A stretch of DNA of 64,000 nt, taken from positions 248,001-312,000 of IMG/VR virus record IMGVR_UViG_3300022602_000024; one strand, given 5' to 3'. The notes beneath the pieces are model-generated. The model was not told the DNA's origin, did not search any database, and saw nothing but the letters and a program-made list of their open reading frames with translations. Of the stretch, positions 60,129-64,000 are shown piece by piece. Within the stretch, counting starts at the first letter, position 1, and each line of letters begins with the position of its first letter. Made by a program: the position numbers and the translations under genes.

Positions 60129-61454
60129 TCACCGTATTTGCAAAATACGATTTTCTTTTTCCAGACAAACTGATCCTGAGTGTTGTTTTAATGCCACAAT
60201 TAACGCATCACTGCGGCTTTTTAGCCACGATAATCCATAACGTGCTATAGTGTGTTCCATGTTATAAGCATTACTGACCCACATATACACATTGCCTTGT
60301 AATGTGTTAACAAAAGTATCGACCTGTTCAGTATCATGTAGATCCAGCAGAGTATAGTCAATCGTTAACTGGCAATACTGTTGCCAAGCAGATTGAAAGT
60401 CTGCGGCAGTCATTCTAGCTGACGTTAAAAATGCTGACACTTCAGTGTCCCATGTATTCCAACTGCGCCAAGCATAAATTAAATCGGAATGTTGTTTTTG
60501 GTACTGATCAAAAACTTGCTGGTAATCAGCAAAGTTACCGTCCCAGTTAGCTACCAAATATCTTTGATAATCCAATGCAGGTTTGCTAATGTCAAATAGG
60601 CTAACTCTGGTATCAGCATCAAATCCTTGAGAATTTAATACTGCCACTGCTTTTAATCCGCCACATACACCTACATAGTGGTCAATCTTACGCGGTGTGG
60701 TTATCAGCACTGGTTCACTATTTAATACATAAACTGTACGTAAGTCATCCGCAAACAAACCACGTATATGACCAGCATATTTTTGTAGCGGTATTACAGT
60801 GGGGTTGAATGTCCAGTCCTTAAACAACTGTTCAAGTTCCTTTTGATTGTCTGTAGGATACAAATAGACTTTTCTATTTCTAATGTTATTGTTTACATTA
60901 ATTAATCGGTATCCATGTTCTAAAAATGTTCGTACTACATGGGTACCAAACTCAAATTCTCGGACTTGATATGTTTGTGTGCCCGTAGCGGGTCGAATCC
61001 AATAGGGAGTATATTCATCATGAAAGTTTTCTTTACTACGTTCTACGCAACAACTAGTAAAACGATATCCCCCAGGTACACCCGGGACTGCGCCGAACCG
61101 TGGCCGACCCACTGCTGTCCACGCCTGCAAGTTCAAACAAAAGAACTGCGGATCAATATTGTAATATCCTCTACGATCCAACAAGTGTCCCACTAATGGA
61201 GCGTTGTTATCGATGCTGTCTGAGATGATTTCATCGTTAATACTGCCCAGGCGTAGATAGTTGCCCAATGCCGACACCACTACGAAATCTACTCCACGGT
61301 CTGCAAGCTCTATCAGTTTATCATCTAAGTGTGTGGTACTATCAAATCGCCAACCCGCTACAGGAAAGTGATAATATTGATTTAATTCTAATAAGCGTGT
61401 GTGTACCACTTCGCCAACATCAGTGTTGTCATAACACAAAAAAACTTTATTCAT
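60129..61454 (-). CDS. Hypothetical protein
   Basis: 441-aa ORF with no recognised family. Confidence 0.7.
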   Translation of the reverse strand: MNKVFLCYDNTDVGEVVHTRLLELNQYYHFPVAGWRFDSTTHLDDKLIELADRGVDFVVVSALGNYLRLGSINDEIISDSIDNNAPLVGHLLDRRGYYNIDPQFFCLNLQAWTAVGRPRFGAVPGVPGGYRFTSCCVERSKENFHDEYTPYWIRPATGTQTYQVREFEFGTHVVRTFLEHGYRLINVNNNIRNRKVYLYPTDNQKELEQLFKDWTFNPTVIPLQKYAGHIRGLFADDLRTVYVLNSEPVLITTPRKIDHYVGVCGGLKAVAVLNSQGFDADTRVSLFDISKPALDYQRYLVANWDGNFADYQQVFDQYQKQHSDLIYAWRSWNTWDTEVSAFLTSARMTAADFQSAWQQYCQLTIDYTLLDLHDTEQVDTFVNTLQGNVYMWVSNAYNMEHTIARYGLSWLKSRSDALIVALKQHSGSVCLEKENRILQIR

Positions 61455-62397
61455 TGACAGTGACTCGTAGTTGATCTGCCGAAAAACTATTTCTACGATT
61501 TCGGAGCATGACCAAAAATTCTTTACCTGATACTACTCGTCCAACAGGCATGCCGCAAATTGCCGGTGTGTATGTTACACCACCTTTGGCTAACCAATTT
61601 TGAAAATCTGTTGTTTTAACAATGTCTGATCTTCTTAATGGCGAAATATCAATCGCTAGTTTTGCTGAGTACCCTAACATATGGGTTATGTCCCATGCTC
61701 CTGCATCATCATCTTCGTAATAAGCAATTATATAATCTTTGCCTAGTATGCTGGTTCCTACCCATACATCATAATCGCCACTATCATCCCAATATGGATA
61801 ATCTTCTTGCTCTATATTAAAAAAACATTCTTTAATAAGTCTGGTGCCATCGTTGATGTAGGTGTTGGCAATAATTTCAACTTGTTGAGCCAATTCTGAA
61901 ATATTATTGGTTTTAAGATCTGTTTTAACATACAGTTCTGTTTTATGTACTATATCATTGATTTGATCTATCAGATACAAAAATCTATCCTGATCCGACT
62001 CCTTTAACTGAAATGTCAAAGGCACTCTATCATTCCACACATACGGCGGACCATCATAATATGAACGATGTGCAGTAGTAAATGCTCGATGCAAGTCATT
62101 CAGATAATGCTGGGTTTCTTTGGTTCTTTTTTGCATCAGATCTACATCAACTTGATATAAAAAGTCGGTACCCATTGCATTTAATTCATTGATAGTATCA
62201 GTGAGACGTTGTATTTGCGTGTCGACAAATCCCTGCGGAGGTGAAAGCATGATTCCGCCATAAGTCTTTGTGTAAAATATTGTCGGATAGTCCAAAAACA
62301 TTTCTGTAATTTTCGAAATAAATTTGTCTGTAAAAGAATTTTTTACAACTTCGATTTGAGAAACACCCAATGGAGATTCTATTGTGATTGTTGACAT
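61447..62397 (-). CDS. Hypothetical protein, distant paralog of 37854..38723
   Basis: LNDLHRAFT, INDIVHKTE and LGK...DDD. Confidence 0.7.
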   Translation of the reverse strand: MSTITIESPLGVSQIEVVKNSFTDKFISKITEMFLDYPTIFYTKTYGGIMLSPPQGFVDTQIQRLTDTINELNAMGTDFLYQVDVDLMQKRTKETQHYLNDLHRAFTTAHRSYYDGPPYVWNDRVPLTFQLKESDQDRFLYLIDQINDIVHKTELYVKTDLKTNNISELAQQVEIIANTYINDGTRLIKECFFNIEQEDYPYWDDSGDYDVWVGTSILGKDYIIAYYEDDDAGAWDITHMLGYSAKLAIDISPLRRSDIVKTTDFQNWLAKGGVTYTPAICGMPVGRVVSGKEFLVMLRNRRNSFSADQLRVTVNE

Positions 62398-62426
62398 GTT
62401 CGTATTTACTCCTATAAATACCCTAT

Positions 62427-63548
62427 ATGAACAATTATTGCCCTGACTTATTCAACACTATCTTTATACAAAAAGTCAATGAATCAGAGTCCGAGATTGG
62501 ACATTGTTGTGTTAGCAAGTTGAGTGACCCAGTATCCACTATTGATTTTCAAAGTGATTTCTTAGCTACCAATCGACAACATTTTTTATCAACAGGCAAT
62601 CTCCCGCCTGCTTGTGTTTACTGCACCACTGCTGAATCCAAAGGGGAAATTTCAAGACGCACTAAACGGTCAAGACCTTATGTAGAAAACAATAACTATC
62701 CAACTGAAGTAGTGGTAGAACATTTAGATTACAATTGCGACAATATATGTAATTTGAAATGTATAATGTGTAGCGGATACTACAGCAGTGCCTGGAGAGA
62801 AGATGAAGTAGCACTAGGTTTCAGAATAGATTATCGTACTAAACCTACCAAACACAACACAATGATATACGATGCTGATGTGAGTAAACTCAAAAGCATT
62901 TATTTCAACGGAGGCGAACCCTTAATGACTCGGGATCATATAAATGTGCTGAATCATGCGTTGTCTAATAGTCAAGAACCACAACATATTCGGATTAGCT
63001 ATAGCAGCAACGGCACCTTTCCGATGACTGACGAGATGGCAGATTTGTGGAAACAGTTCGAAGCAGTTTACATCAACTTCAGCATTGACGCCACAGAAAA
63101 AGAATTTGAGTACATACGGTTTCCTGCAATATGGGCTGACGTTGAAAAAAATATTGATACTTTCCGCTTGCCAAATTTGGTAACAAAAATTACTGCTACC
63201 GTAGGAGTACACAATATATTGTACTTTGACAAATTGTACCATTGGGCAGCTAAACGCAACATAGAAATATATGTACAAGATACCAATGGTAGATCACAAC
63301 TTGCAATACAAAACTTTCCCAGGGCTGGCAAAGATCGTTTGATTGCTTATCTTAATAAATTACCAGAGTCTGGCAGTAAACAATCGTTGTTGAATCTTGC
63401 ACACAACATCAATAACGACGGGCATGCACGATGGATCGAGTATCTTAACAAACTAGACCGTATGCGAGGCAACAACTGGAGAAATAGTCTAAGTAGACTG
63501 AATGAAATCAACAGGTCATGGATGTATGGAGTAAGGGGTGAGATTTGA
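62427..63548 (+). CDS. Radical SAM protein with twitch-like N-terminus
   Basis: HCC, CVYC, CNLKCIMC, FNGGEPL, FSIDA and YIRFP; TATAAATA promoter at 62413-62420. Confidence 0.92.
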   Translation: MNNYCPDLFNTIFIQKVNESESEIGHCCVSKLSDPVSTIDFQSDFLATNRQHFLSTGNLPPACVYCTTAESKGEISRRTKRSRPYVENNNYPTEVVVEHLDYNCDNICNLKCIMCSGYYSSAWREDEVALGFRIDYRTKPTKHNTMIYDADVSKLKSIYFNGGEPLMTRDHINVLNHALSNSQEPQHIRISYSSNGTFPMTDEMADLWKQFEAVYINFSIDATEKEFEYIRFPAIWADVEKNIDTFRLPNLVTKITATVGVHNILYFDKLYHWAAKRNIEIYVQDTNGRSQLAIQNFPRAGKDRLIAYLNKLPESGSKQSLLNLAHNINNDGHARWIEYLNKLDRMRGNNWRNSLSRLNEINRSWMYGVRGEI

Positions 63549-63604
63549 ACTCACGGTTGTACTGGTTTGCAATCAGTTGCCTTGGACCACTCGGCCACCC
63601 TTAC
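63527..63604 (-). tRNA. tRNA-Cys(GCA)
   Basis: Loop TTGCAAA, U73 and CCA; 3' end overlaps the end of the convergent radical SAM gene. Confidence 0.9.
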
Positions 63605-63605
63605 A

Positions 63606-64000
63606 TTATTTTTTTTGCCGAACTAAACGAACAGGTCCTTGAATCATACGAGAACCTGGTTGACTAACAGGATTTACTAAAGAGATATACTTGTCGTAGT
63701 ATTTTTTATCCATAGTAAGATTTAATTTGTTTAAAAAACTTAAAAAGTAATCCCAATTTCTCCAGATTTGTTCAATATCAATTTCATAATCAAACAAACC
63801 CGAATTATAATATTTTCGAATGTCATTTTCAATAATACGTTTATTTTCAGCTGGGTCTCCATTGGCGGATGGTATCAGACCTGTTTTTAATATAAGGTCT
63901 TTATTGACTCTATCAAAATCCAAACTGTACAGATATATCTTGATTTGATTTTTTTCTACTATATTTTTGTATGAACATGTTGATATCTGTTGAAAATATA
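63606..64000 (-). CDS. Partial AT-rich hypothetical protein; 5' end probably outside the window
   Basis: ORF C-terminus ends at 63606. Confidence 0.5.
   Translation of the reverse strand, partial: YFQQISTCSYKNIVEKNQIKIYLYSLDFDRVNKDLILKTGLIPSANGDPAENKRIIENDIRKYYNSGLFDYEIDIEQIWRNWDYFLSFLNKLNLTMDKKYYDKYISLVNPVSQPGSRMIQGPVRLVRQKK

Overview
This is a 64-kb segment of a large lytic dsDNA phage with T4-like features, not a bacterial chromosome. It is gene-dense, mostly minus-strand, and uses T4-type TAAATA late promoters plus sigma70-type early promoters. Host-like iscU, iscA, groESL and rpoZ genes suggest a proteobacterial host (inference). Contents in order: (1) nucleotide metabolism and Fe-S genes (glutaredoxin, nrdAB, dCMP deaminase, iscA, interrupted iscU, HNH endonuclease); (2) putative head/internal-protein genes, including RNA-ligase-like and Pol-beta-like nucleotidyltransferases; (3) gp41-like helicase and primase; (4) three LamG-like proteins and a 2180-aa fibre; (5) a 196-aa miniature DnaE-like polymerase, a clamp-loader-like protein, a second HNH and a UvsW-like helicase; (6) an early region of micro-ORFs with repeated promoters; (7) groEL/groES; (8) a ~10-kb glycosyltransferase, methyltransferase and NDP-sugar cluster; (9) a tRNA region with 8 tRNA genes, rpoZ, a phosphoesterase and a kinase. 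Five radical SAM genes and several SGNH-like genes are scattered through the window. The most notable signals are a ~275-nt structured non-coding RNA with its own promoter beside the tRNA cluster, a 7-nt stop-containing insertion (GGT-TAA-C-GGA) at the active site of iscU next to a homing endonuclease, a minimal C-family polymerase, widespread leaderless-type gene starts, and a chimeric tRNA-Met. All calls come from reading motifs by eye; no searches were run.
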